Below, piece by piece: positions 34,670 to 43,721 of a stretch of 64,000 nt of DNA. The stretch is from Rhizaria sp. SCN 62-66 (Eukaryota). Both the position numbers and the translations under genes were made by a program. Positions within the stretch are counted from its first letter, which is position 1. Each line of letters starts with the position of its first letter. The notes under the pieces were generated by a model. That model had not been told where the DNA came from and did no database searches. It saw only the letters and a list, made by a program, of their open reading frames with translations. The stretch lies in NCBI GenBank assembly GCA_001724265.1, contig MEDY01000130.1, positions 1 through 64,000 of the forward strand, given 5' to 3'.

Positions 34670-37600
34670 ATGAGCGTCCCCGTGTCTCGGTCGTCGGCTA
34701 TCGTGGGCGTGAACGACCCCAACCTGCCGGTCAAGGACCTCGACGATGTCTACGCCGCGCGCGCTCAGGCCGAGCTCATGGGCGCTGACGAGCAGGAGCA
34801 ACTCTCCCGCGAAGAGCCCTACGTGCCGCTCGCGATGGCTGAGATTCGCGTGCGCTCGATGATGGGCGACCTCAAGGATATGAAGGCCGACCACTTGGAG
34901 CGCATGAACCACCTGCAGAAGACCTACGACGACTTGCTGCGCAACCAGCACAAGGTCGCCAACGACATGCTCGACAAGGTCCGTGACAAGGCCGCCGAGC
35001 GCATCAAGGCGTACAAGGACAAGGCGATGGCGATCAACAAGCAGATGATCGCGGACAAGAAGGCCCAAGAAAAGGCCCAGCGCGTGGCTGAAAAGGAAGT
35101 CAAGGCGATGAAGAAGAACCTCGACGCCATCATCCGCGCCAAGAAGGACCTCGACGAAGAGCTCGCCGCGCGCGAGCGCAAGCTCAACAAGAAGCACGAG
35201 GAGCTGCGCCAGGCCAACGAGAAGCTTCGCGATCTTGAGGACAACGGCAAGGGCTCCGCTGAGCAGGCCGCCGCTCTGGCTGCCGAGGTCGGCACTCTGG
35301 GCACCGAGGTTGAGGCACTGCGCGGCACTGTTGCGAAGAAGGACGAGGAGATCGCGCGGCTTAACCTGTCGCTCGACAACACGTCCTCGGGCCTCTACCG
35401 CCTCAAGGCTGACGGCGTCACTGCGTCTGCTGGCGAGGCGGAGAAGCTGCACCGCGACCTCATCGACACGCAGCAGCGTGCGCAGGTGCTTGAGACGGAG
35501 CGCGGTCAGCTCATGACCGAGATCGCCCGTCTCGGCGCTCTTGTCGCCGCGGGCGCCACGTCTGCTGAGGTCAGCGCCGGTGATTCCGCGAAGTTGCACG
35601 CTCTCGAGTCGCAGCTTGCCGATCTGGACCGCGCGCGCCGCGTCGAAGCCGAGAAGCACCACGCCACGCTCGTTGCGCTCGATGACAAGCACGGCAAGGA
35701 CAAGGCGGGCGCGTTGCTGGCGCAGAAGACGCTCTACGACAAGATGCTGAAGCAGATGACCAAGGCCGGCGAGGACCAGGAGAAGGCCAAGGCGCGCGAG
35801 GCTAAGGATTCCGCCGTCAACGTCAAGGTCGGCGCCGCTAAGCGCGAGGCTGACGAAGCGGCGCGCAAGAAGGCTCTCGCGGACCAGCAGAAGGAGGAGG
35901 CCGACGATCGGTTCAACCACTGCGACGGCCGTTTGAACGAGGTCGACGCTGAACTGGCCGCCAAGCTCAAGCGCAAGCAAGAGGTCGACCCCGAGCTTAC
36001 CGTGCGCGCCCGTGAGCTGACCGAGAAGCAGCGCGCTGCCGACGCCGCCGAGGGCGACCGCGACCGTGTGAGTAAGTACTCTGAGGATGAAGGCCGCGCG
36101 CAGATGGCTAAGTTCGGCCTCAACTGGGACGATGTCAACGGTCCGCTCGTCACGCAGCTGCTCGAAGTGTCGAAGCACTACAACCTGCAGAAGGCCGGCC
36201 AGGAGGACATGAAGACGATCAAGGCCGAGCACGAGGAGCTTAAGGCGCTCGCGGCCTCCCCGGACCAGGAGATCGCCGGTCCCGCCAAGGTCAAGACCAA
36301 GGACCTCTCGGCCAAATTTAAGGCTGTCAAGGACGAAGCCACGGCACACAAGGCGCAGTGGACCGAGCTCGTGCAGAACCTCGGCCTCAAGGAGTCCGGC
36401 GTGCCGTTCGACAAAGACGCCGATTTCGACGAGCTCGCGCTGGCCGCTGAGATGTGGCACGAGGTCATGCGCAAACAGCCCGCCAAGCGTGCTGACCCGT
36501 CCGCACTGCCGCCGCATATCGTTGAGGCGCTGGCCGCGTTCGGCGTTGCGCCCGCGGCCTTCACGCCCGAAGTTGTAGCTGATATGGAGACCATTGTCGC
36601 CGACTTTGGCCGCCAGCGCGCGCTGCAGGAGCAGATGAAGACACTCAAGAACGACTTCGACGCCTGCAAGGCCAACACCAAGGACAACGAGGCCGCGCGC
36701 GATGCCGCCAAGGACGAGCTCGCCGTGGCGCGCGCCGAGGGTGCCCCGCAGGACGTTGTTGATGCGCTCCAGGCCAAGGTCGAGGGCCACATGAAGGAGG
36801 TTGAGGCCAACTCTGCCAAAGGCAAGGAGGTCTTCGGCCAGTTCACCGACGTCAAGAACGAGGCCACCAAGGCCAAGGCCGCGTGGACTGCGACTATGAA
36901 GAAGAACAACCTCGACTCCAACGGTCGTGCGTTCGACAAGCTTGCTGACTTCGACCTGCTGTCGCAGATCGTCTCCGAGTACAAGGAACACATCAACAAG
37001 GCCCCCGAGGAGGTTTCCGAGCGCGTGGTCACCGACGACGCCTCGCCCGAGGGCCCCTCCGCCGAGCTCAAGGCTCTGGTCGAGCAGCTCGCCGCCGAGG
37101 AGGCCGCACTGGCACAGGCGATTGACTCGCTGAAGAACGAGCGCGTGAAGCTTGTGCAAGATAAGGAGGAGTACGAGGACCAGCAGCAGATGGCCGCCCT
37201 TGCCGCCGTCTCCGCCAACAAGGAAGTCATGCGTCTCCGCGCCAAGCTCACCGAGGCCCAGAAGGCTGCCGCCGCTGAGGCCGCTGCCAACGGCGGCGCC
37301 GCGCCCGAGGATGACGAGGACGAGGAAGACCTCACCGGCGGTGTCCGCATCACCATCCCCGGCGACATGGCCGAGGCACAGAAGGAGCTCATCGACGCCC
37401 GTTTCGCGCTTGCACAGGCCGAGAAGCAGTCCGAGGCGTTCCGCCAGCAGATCCACGACGAGCGTAAGAAGTACAACCAGTCGATCGACGACCTGGAGAC
37501 GCGTATCCGCGAGCTTGAGGCCGAGATCGAGCGTTGGAAGCGCCTCGAACAGCAGTGGAAGATCACTGCCGGTACGTTCTACGCCAAGTCTGGCATCATG

Positions 37601-40075
37601 GGCCAGCAGTCGCAGTCCGTCGCGGGCTTCGAACACGCGGCCGGCGGCGGCGGCGGCAGTCCCGAAGACGCGGCTAAGTACGAGAAGCTCCGCGGCGACC
37701 ACGCCAAGTCTCTGCGCGATCTCGAGCAGTCGAAGAAGCGCTACAACGACCTGCTGATCCTGCAACGCGGTGTCGAGGACAAGCTCAACGCTGGCGACAC
37801 TGAGGGCGCGCTTGAGCTGCTCCGCTCCGGCACCGACGAGTCCGGCGCGCTCCGCGGCATCGCGGGCGCCGCGGGCAAGAGCGACAGAGTCGGCGAGGGC
37901 AGCGGCAGCGGCGCGTCCGCGGCCGTTGTGGCCGAGCTGGAGGCGCGCATCGAGACCGAGCGCTCTGCCAAGGAGGCCGCCGAGGCCGAGATCAAGTCTC
38001 TCCAGGCGCAGCTCTCGGTGCTGCAGTCGTCGTCGGGCAGCTCGTCCGCGCAGCTGCAGCAGCAGCTCGCGACGGCGTCGGGCGACCTGCAAAAGACCGC
38101 TGCCGAACTGGAGACGGCTAAGACGCGCCGCGCTGAGCTCGAGACCGAGCTCGCCGCGCTTAAGTCTAGAGCGGGCGAGGAGAAGTCTTCGCTCGACGCG
38201 CGTGTCGAGGCGCTTGAGGCGTCGCTGTCGTCCACCCAGGGCACGCTCGACGCCAAGAACGCAGAGCTGTTGACGCAGATCGCCGCGCTTGCCGCACTTG
38301 AGAGCCAAGTGCAAGGCCTGAACCGCCAGCTCGCCGGCAAGGACGAGGAGATGCTCAGCAAGCTCGCCGCCGCCGAGGCCGCCGCCACTGCCGCACTCAC
38401 GGCCGCGCAGGAGGAGCACGCGCGCGCGCTCGAGGAGCAGGACGCCGCCGCCAAGGCCGAGCTCGCTGCCGTTGCCGCCGAGCGTGACCGCGCTGCCGGT
38501 GCGCTGGCCGCCGAGGTTGCGCTTAAGGTTGCCGCCCTCGAGGACGCCGCTGCGAAGCAGGCGCGCATCGAGGAGCTCGACAAGGAGGTCGCTGACTGGT
38601 CGAAGCGTCTCGCCGATCTCTCCGTCAAGTACGTCGAAGAGCAGGAGCGCCGCAAGTACTTCCAGCAGGAGTACGAGGCTGCTAAGGGTAAGATCCGTGT
38701 GTACGCCCGTGTCCGCCCGTGGATTCGTCTCGAGAAGGAGTCCGACAATCCGCAGGCGCTGGTCAAGTGCGTGCGCCCCGGTCCTAACGTGTGGAGCATG
38801 ATGCTCAACCACCAGAAGATGTCCGTGCAGGATAACAAGCTCATGGACGACTGGAACCCCAAGACGTTCGACCACGTGTTCCTCGGTGGTTACAATGACG
38901 ACTTCCCGGGCACCGACAACGGCTCTCAGGCCGAGGTGTTCAAGGAGTGCGAGGGTTTCGCCGAAATGGCCTTCGATGGCCTCAACACGTGTATCTTCGC
39001 CTACGGCCAGTCCGGTTCCGGCAAGACGTGGACGATGCGTGGCTCGACCACGGACCCCGACCAGTGGGGTCTGAAGCCGCGCATGGTGCGCCACCTGTAC
39101 CAGATGCGTGACGCCACCAAGGCGCGCTACGAAGTCCGTATCTTCTGCACCATGTTCGAGATCTACAACGACGAAATTCAGGACATTTTCGAGCGCCACG
39201 AGCAGGTTCAGCGCTGGGAGAAGGAGAACAAGAAGTGCTACAAGTGCTATGCGCCCGACCACAGCTTTATCGAGTGCACCAACTGCGCCAAGTGCCGTCA
39301 GCCTGGCCACTCGTTCTCGCTCTGCAAGGCCAAGCAAGCCGGTAAGTTCTACCTCGACCGTTTCGATCCCCCGTCGAAGAAGCTCGAAGTCAAGGTTCTC
39401 GGTAACCAGCGTGTCGCCATCAACGGTCTCCAGGAGCGCACGTGCCAGACGTTCGACGAGATGCAGCGCCTCTGCGATGAGGCTGAAATGCTGCGTCGTG
39501 TGCGCGCCACGGGTCTGAACGATGAGTCGTCGCGTTCGCACCTCATTTTCGCGATCCACATCGAGAAGAAGGAGAAGAACCCCAAGGACAAGAAGAACGC
39601 ACTTCCGTCGTACGGCAAGTTGTCGCTCTGTGACCTTGCCGGTTCCGAGCGTGCTGAGCGTACGGCCATGGGCAAGGACATCTCGCCGCAGGACAAGGCG
39701 CTCATGGAGCTCGAAGGCAAGCGTATCAACCAGTCGCTGTCCGTGCTCACGTCTATTTTCGCTGCGCTCGGTGCCAAGCTCAAGCCAGGAGAGAAGCGTC
39801 AGCTGCCGCGTTACCGTGAGAACCTGCTTACAAACGCCATGCAGGACTCGATTGGTGGTAACGCGCGTACGCTCATGTTCGTCAACGTGTCGCCGTCGCT
39901 GATGAATTTCGAAGAGACGAAGCAGACGCTGTCGTACGGTGATCTCGTGCAGAACATCACTGGTGCTGTCGCGACCAGCGACGTCGACGTTGAGCAGTAT
40001 GTTGACCGTATCGCCACGCTCGAGGAGCAGCTCAAAAAGTACGAGGCTGCGGCGCACCACGCGCCCCCCGAGTGA
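34670..40075 (+). CDS. Kinesin-14-type protein: long N-terminal coiled coil, C-terminal motor with inserted tandem CCHC zinc knuckles
   Basis: Neck KGKIRVYARVRP, P-loop IFAYGQSGSGKT, EIYNDEIQD, switch I NDESSRSH, switch II DLAGSE, INQSLS, GGNARTLMFVNVSP; ends TGA. Confidence 0.95.
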   Translation: MSVPVSRSSAIVGVNDPNLPVKDLDDVYAARAQAELMGADEQEQLSREEPYVPLAMAEIRVRSMMGDLKDMKADHLERMNHLQKTYDDLLRNQHKVANDMLDKVRDKAAERIKAYKDKAMAINKQMIADKKAQEKAQRVAEKEVKAMKKNLDAIIRAKKDLDEELAARERKLNKKHEELRQANEKLRDLEDNGKGSAEQAAALAAEVGTLGTEVEALRGTVAKKDEEIARLNLSLDNTSSGLYRLKADGVTASAGEAEKLHRDLIDTQQRAQVLETERGQLMTEIARLGALVAAGATSAEVSAGDSAKLHALESQLADLDRARRVEAEKHHATLVALDDKHGKDKAGALLAQKTLYDKMLKQMTKAGEDQEKAKAREAKDSAVNVKVGAAKREADEAARKKALADQQKEEADDRFNHCDGRLNEVDAELAAKLKRKQEVDPELTVRARELTEKQRAADAAEGDRDRVSKYSEDEGRAQMAKFGLNWDDVNGPLVTQLLEVSKHYNLQKAGQEDMKTIKAEHEELKALAASPDQEIAGPAKVKTKDLSAKFKAVKDEATAHKAQWTELVQNLGLKESGVPFDKDADFDELALAAEMWHEVMRKQPAKRADPSALPPHIVEALAAFGVAPAAFTPEVVADMETIVADFGRQRALQEQMKTLKNDFDACKANTKDNEAARDAAKDELAVARAEGAPQDVVDALQAKVEGHMKEVEANSAKGKEVFGQFTDVKNEATKAKAAWTATMKKNNLDSNGRAFDKLADFDLLSQIVSEYKEHINKAPEEVSERVVTDDASPEGPSAELKALVEQLAAEEAALAQAIDSLKNERVKLVQDKEEYEDQQQMAALAAVSANKEVMRLRAKLTEAQKAAAAEAAANGGAAPEDDEDEEDLTGGVRITIPGDMAEAQKELIDARFALAQAEKQSEAFRQQIHDERKKYNQSIDDLETRIRELEAEIERWKRLEQQWKITAGTFYAKSGIMGQQSQSVAGFEHAAGGGGGSPEDAAKYEKLRGDHAKSLRDLEQSKKRYNDLLILQRGVEDKLNAGDTEGALELLRSGTDESGALRGIAGAAGKSDRVGEGSGSGASAAVVAELEARIETERSAKEAAEAEIKSLQAQLSVLQSSSGSSSAQLQQQLATASGDLQKTAAELETAKTRRAELETELAALKSRAGEEKSSLDARVEALEASLSSTQGTLDAKNAELLTQIAALAALESQVQGLNRQLAGKDEEMLSKLAAAEAAATAALTAAQEEHARALEEQDAAAKAELAAVAAERDRAAGALAAEVALKVAALEDAAAKQARIEELDKEVADWSKRLADLSVKYVEEQERRKYFQQEYEAAKGKIRVYARVRPWIRLEKESDNPQALVKCVRPGPNVWSMMLNHQKMSVQDNKLMDDWNPKTFDHVFLGGYNDDFPGTDNGSQAEVFKECEGFAEMAFDGLNTCIFAYGQSGSGKTWTMRGSTTDPDQWGLKPRMVRHLYQMRDATKARYEVRIFCTMFEIYNDEIQDIFERHEQVQRWEKENKKCYKCYAPDHSFIECTNCAKCRQPGHSFSLCKAKQAGKFYLDRFDPPSKKLEVKVLGNQRVAINGLQERTCQTFDEMQRLCDEAEMLRRVRATGLNDESSRSHLIFAIHIEKKEKNPKDKKNALPSYGKLSLCDLAGSERAERTAMGKDISPQDKALMELEGKRINQSLSVLTSIFAALGAKLKPGEKRQLPRYRENLLTNAMQDSIGGNARTLMFVNVSPSLMNFEETKQTLSYGDLVQNITGAVATSDVDVEQYVDRIATLEEQLKKYEAAAHHAPPE

Positions 40076-40582
40076 GCGCGCTAACGAAGCTTTAACATAC
40101 GCTGTGGGAGGAGGATTATTAAGAAAGAAAGATTTAGAAGCAATGGAGGTGATCTGTGTTTGTTCTTTAGACGTGCATGGTGCTGGCTGTTAACTGTGGG
40201 CGCGATGCTGCGTGTGGCGTGCTTGGGCGCGGTGACACAACAGTAGCGACGACAGCGGCCTGATAATGACAGCGTTGTGCGATAACGATCGTTGGAGTAG
40301 TGATATAGTTGGCCAGGATACGGCCTTAGTTCTTAGGTGTGCAATTTATAGAAACTACATTTTATTAGAAAACAATAAATTTAATACAATACATTACTAT
40401 TATTTTCGTAACTCTCGTTTATGCCTCATTTTTAAATGGAAAAAAGGAATGTCGTCACACTTTGTGCAGTTCGATGGTGGCGCAATCGCGAGGGGTCCCG
40501 GATGATCGAGGAATTCGTTCAACTGGAGCTCTGCGAACAGTCCGTCAACAGTGTGCGCACCATCACGAGGTGCTTTCCTACG

Positions 40583-41611
40583 ATGGAGACTGCAATTACA
40601 CTAAATCATTTTGTTGAGCTTCACTCGCAAGCTCTCCGCTTCCTCACAAAACAAGACGCCACAATCGAGTCTTGGTTGGCATGCCGCGACCAGTGCTCCC
40701 GTCAAGTCTCCTCCCTCGCCAACCTATGGCCGCGCCTCGAACTCTTTGCGACAGCATCTAACACCTGCTCGCCGCCCTCCGCCGGCACGAGCGCGGATGC
40801 CGGCGCCGGCTTCGCGTCGTCGCAGGCCTTCGACGCGCTTGGCGTGCTCTGTGCGTTGGATGCCGGCGCCGCCCCGGGCCTCGGCGTCGGCTCCGAGCTC
40901 CTCTCTCTCTGCGCGGATCAGCTCGCCGCCGTGCTGCGCAACCTTGCACAGCTCTCAGGCACGCTCACCGCGCGCGCCGCCGAAGCGCACGAAACTGTCA
41001 CAGCGCTGGCTGCCGCGGTGGCAGAGGCTGCGCTGCCGCCGGAGCTGCTGGTGCGTGTGCCGCCGCTGCCCGGTGACCAGGCCGCGCGCGCGCCGCCGCT
41101 GCCGATGACCATCGCCGATGCGCTCGCGCTGCTGCGCACGCAGGCACAGCTCGTTGCGGACGAGAGCGCGCGCTTGGCAGGTCTGCTGGCTGCCGCGACA
41201 ACTGCTTCAACAACGTGGACCGCGGCTGGCAACGGCTCACAGCACTGTGTTTCAACCACTGACGTCGTCGCTCAAGCAGCCGCGGCCGCGAGCGAGACTG
41301 TGAGCGAGGGCCACTGGGAGCTTGGTACGCGGCTAGGCGCGGCGCTCGCTGCTGCGGCGACTGGCAGCGTCGGCCGCGGCGGCGGCAATGGCGGAGCTGG
41401 CGGGTTTGAGTTCGCGCACAGTGACACACAGGGCGCTCAGACGGGCGTGCTACGACTGCAGCCCGCGCGCACGGGTACGCGGACCGAGCCGGCGCCGCTG
41501 GGCGTGCTGCCGGAGTTGCCCGCGCACTGGGCCGGGAACGGCGTTGCGGTCGCGCGCTTGGCCGAGGGCCGCAAGCTTGTCACTGCCGCCACCAAGAAGC
41601 CGCGCCAGTGA
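40583..41611 (+). CDS. C1orf109/AIRIM-like (CA109-like) protein, tentative
   Basis: W...C...VSSLANL..RL, then a helical segment and PMTIADALALL, resemble remembered C1orf109 blocks (W...C..LLSSLSNL; PSVADMLEWL). Coding-like composition; ends TGA. Confidence 0.55.
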   Translation: METAITLNHFVELHSQALRFLTKQDATIESWLACRDQCSRQVSSLANLWPRLELFATASNTCSPPSAGTSADAGAGFASSQAFDALGVLCALDAGAAPGLGVGSELLSLCADQLAAVLRNLAQLSGTLTARAAEAHETVTALAAAVAEAALPPELLVRVPPLPGDQAARAPPLPMTIADALALLRTQAQLVADESARLAGLLAAATTASTTWTAAGNGSQHCVSTTDVVAQAAAAASETVSEGHWELGTRLGAALAAAATGSVGRGGGNGGAGGFEFAHSDTQGAQTGVLRLQPARTGTRTEPAPLGVLPELPAHWAGNGVAVARLAEGRKLVTAATKKPRQ

Positions 41612-42070
41612 GTGGTAATGTCGCTGAACACTTGCACGCACGAGATATCGTGTGAATTCGAGTGTGACCAACCAGTATATAGCATTGTTTTACCTAGAAC
41701 ACATGACTTCATGTCGCACGACGGGCCGATACTCATTTTTCGACCGCTCCAGACTGGGCTGTTGGGTGCTGACCCGCGGCGGCAGACTTGGGAGATCCCC
41801 CCGATCTGCGATAACAAAATACATTGTTTTGATCTTGTCTTTACGTGAATCGCGTTCATGCTTGCGTTTTTGGATTATCTCTAGGATTTTCCATATTTAA
41901 TATCAATTGTTTTGTCGATCGAGCCGCTGTGTCTCTGCTAAAGTGTCGTTTCGTGATGAGGCTTGCGCACCACATCAAGCTATGACGTTTCAGGTCTCCG
42001 AAGCCAGAATTCTCACAACATACCAACTGTTTCCCCGTTTCTTTCTTGTTTTCTTGCGACCGCGATAGCT

Positions 42071-43161
42071 ATGGGCTTCCTCAACATTGCCGGCATTGTG
42101 GCCGTGGGCGTCATCGCGTACGCGGTGATCAAGTTCTTCTACCTCCACTTCATCATGAAGACTGACCTCTCGAAGTATGGCGCCAAGAAGGGCGCGTGGG
42201 CCCTCATCACTGGTGCCCGCGACGGCATTGGCAAGGGCTTTGCTGTCGCCCTCGCCGCGCGTGGCTTTAATGTTATCCTCATCGCGCGCAACGCCGAGGG
42301 CCTGAAGGAGGTCGCGGCTGAGATCAAGGCTAAGTCTAAGGTCGAGACCCTCGTCGTGCCCGTCGACGCCTCTGCGCCCACCGCTGTGGCCGAGATCATG
42401 AGCAAGATTGAGGGCAAGGACATCCGCGTCCTTGTCAACAACGTCGGCGTCAACACGCAGTTCCCCTGCAACCTCGCCGAGACCGACCAGGCTGAGATCG
42501 ATGGGTACGCCTTCATATCTATCTCTGATGGTCAAATCGTTCACCTCAGCTGTTTAATTGCAACATAGAGTGAGATCTTAAATGACATATGTTTATTTTT
42601 CCAACACTCATATCTAACGCTAATGGTTTCCGTCTTGTGCTTTGCTTCTTCCTTCGTAGCATGATCAACATCAACGTGACCTTCACGACCAACTTCACCC
42701 GCGCGATGATCCCCGTGCTCCAGAAGTCCAAGAACTCGCTGATCTATATGCTCTCCTCTTTCTCCGGCATCGTCCCCGTTGGCATGATGCCCGTGTACTC
42801 GGCCACCAAGGCGTACAACGACGTCCTTGCGCGCGCGCTCGCCGCCGAGCTCGCGCCCACCGGCGTTACGGTCAAGTCCGTCGTGCCGCACTTCGTCGTC
42901 TCGGCCATGTCGGGCTTCTCGCGCGCCACCTGGGCCGTCCCCGACGCCGTGTCCTTTGCGCACGCCACGATTGCCAAGACCGGTATCTGGGATGTGTCGA
43001 TTGCGCCCCACTGGTGGCACGACCTCACCATGCGCATCGCTTCCGCTGCGCCCGACTTCCTCATCGGCGGCTTCACCGTCAAGCAGATGAAGGCGGCCCG
43101 CGTCAAGCTCATGCGCCGCGCGGAGAAGAAGGCGGCTGAAAAGGCTGCTGCTGCTCAGTAA
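42071..43161 (+). CDS. SDR, very-long-chain 3-oxoacyl-CoA reductase / 17beta-HSD12-like; exons 42071-42504 and 42660-43161
   Basis: N-terminal TM, WALITGARDGIGKGFA, LVNNVG, catalytic YSATK. Intron 42505-42659 (GTACGC...CTAAC...CGTAG, 155 nt) joins EIDG-MININV; ends TAA. Confidence 0.92.
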
Positions 43162-43721
43162 GCGTGGTAACTCGCCGCTCTGCCACTTCCGCGAAATGTA
43201 AATCACACTTGGCTGCGATCACGCCGCGCCTCGCCACTCACTTTGTTCTTTGTTGTCATAAGATAAATACAAGCCCATTGTTTTCCAAGGTCTTAATATC
43301 TCTATCATATTCAAATATTTACGTTGGTTGAGTTTATTCCGTTTATTTTTGACTCTGTTGTTTGCGCGCGCGCGTCACTTGTCACGGAGTCTCCTCCTTG
43401 TCCACGCGCACACAGTCGTTGTGTCCGTTGCAATGAGTCTCGCGATTTTGATACCACATTTCTGTATGAGTGCTCGTTTGTTTAGCAATTACTCTTAGTA
43501 TCAGGACGTTATACCACATGGGATATTTGGATATATAATTCAAATCCTAACATCTATCTGTATTGTTTGAATTTTTGTACCTTTTTGTCTAGTCTTCACT
43601 GTAGGCAACGTCCTCATCCATCTCTCTACTATCCGAGCCATTCTCACTTCCGTCGTTGCACAGCACCCCGGCGCAAGCGTTTCCCGCGTTCGCCCTTTCC
43701 GCGCGCTACGCTTGCCCCACA

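Noticed and set aside
34511-40060. 1849-aa antisense ORF opposite the kinesin
   Set aside because: Shadow ORF. The sense gene's codon bias avoids TTA/CTA/TCA, so the antisense frame lacks stops; the product has no motifs.
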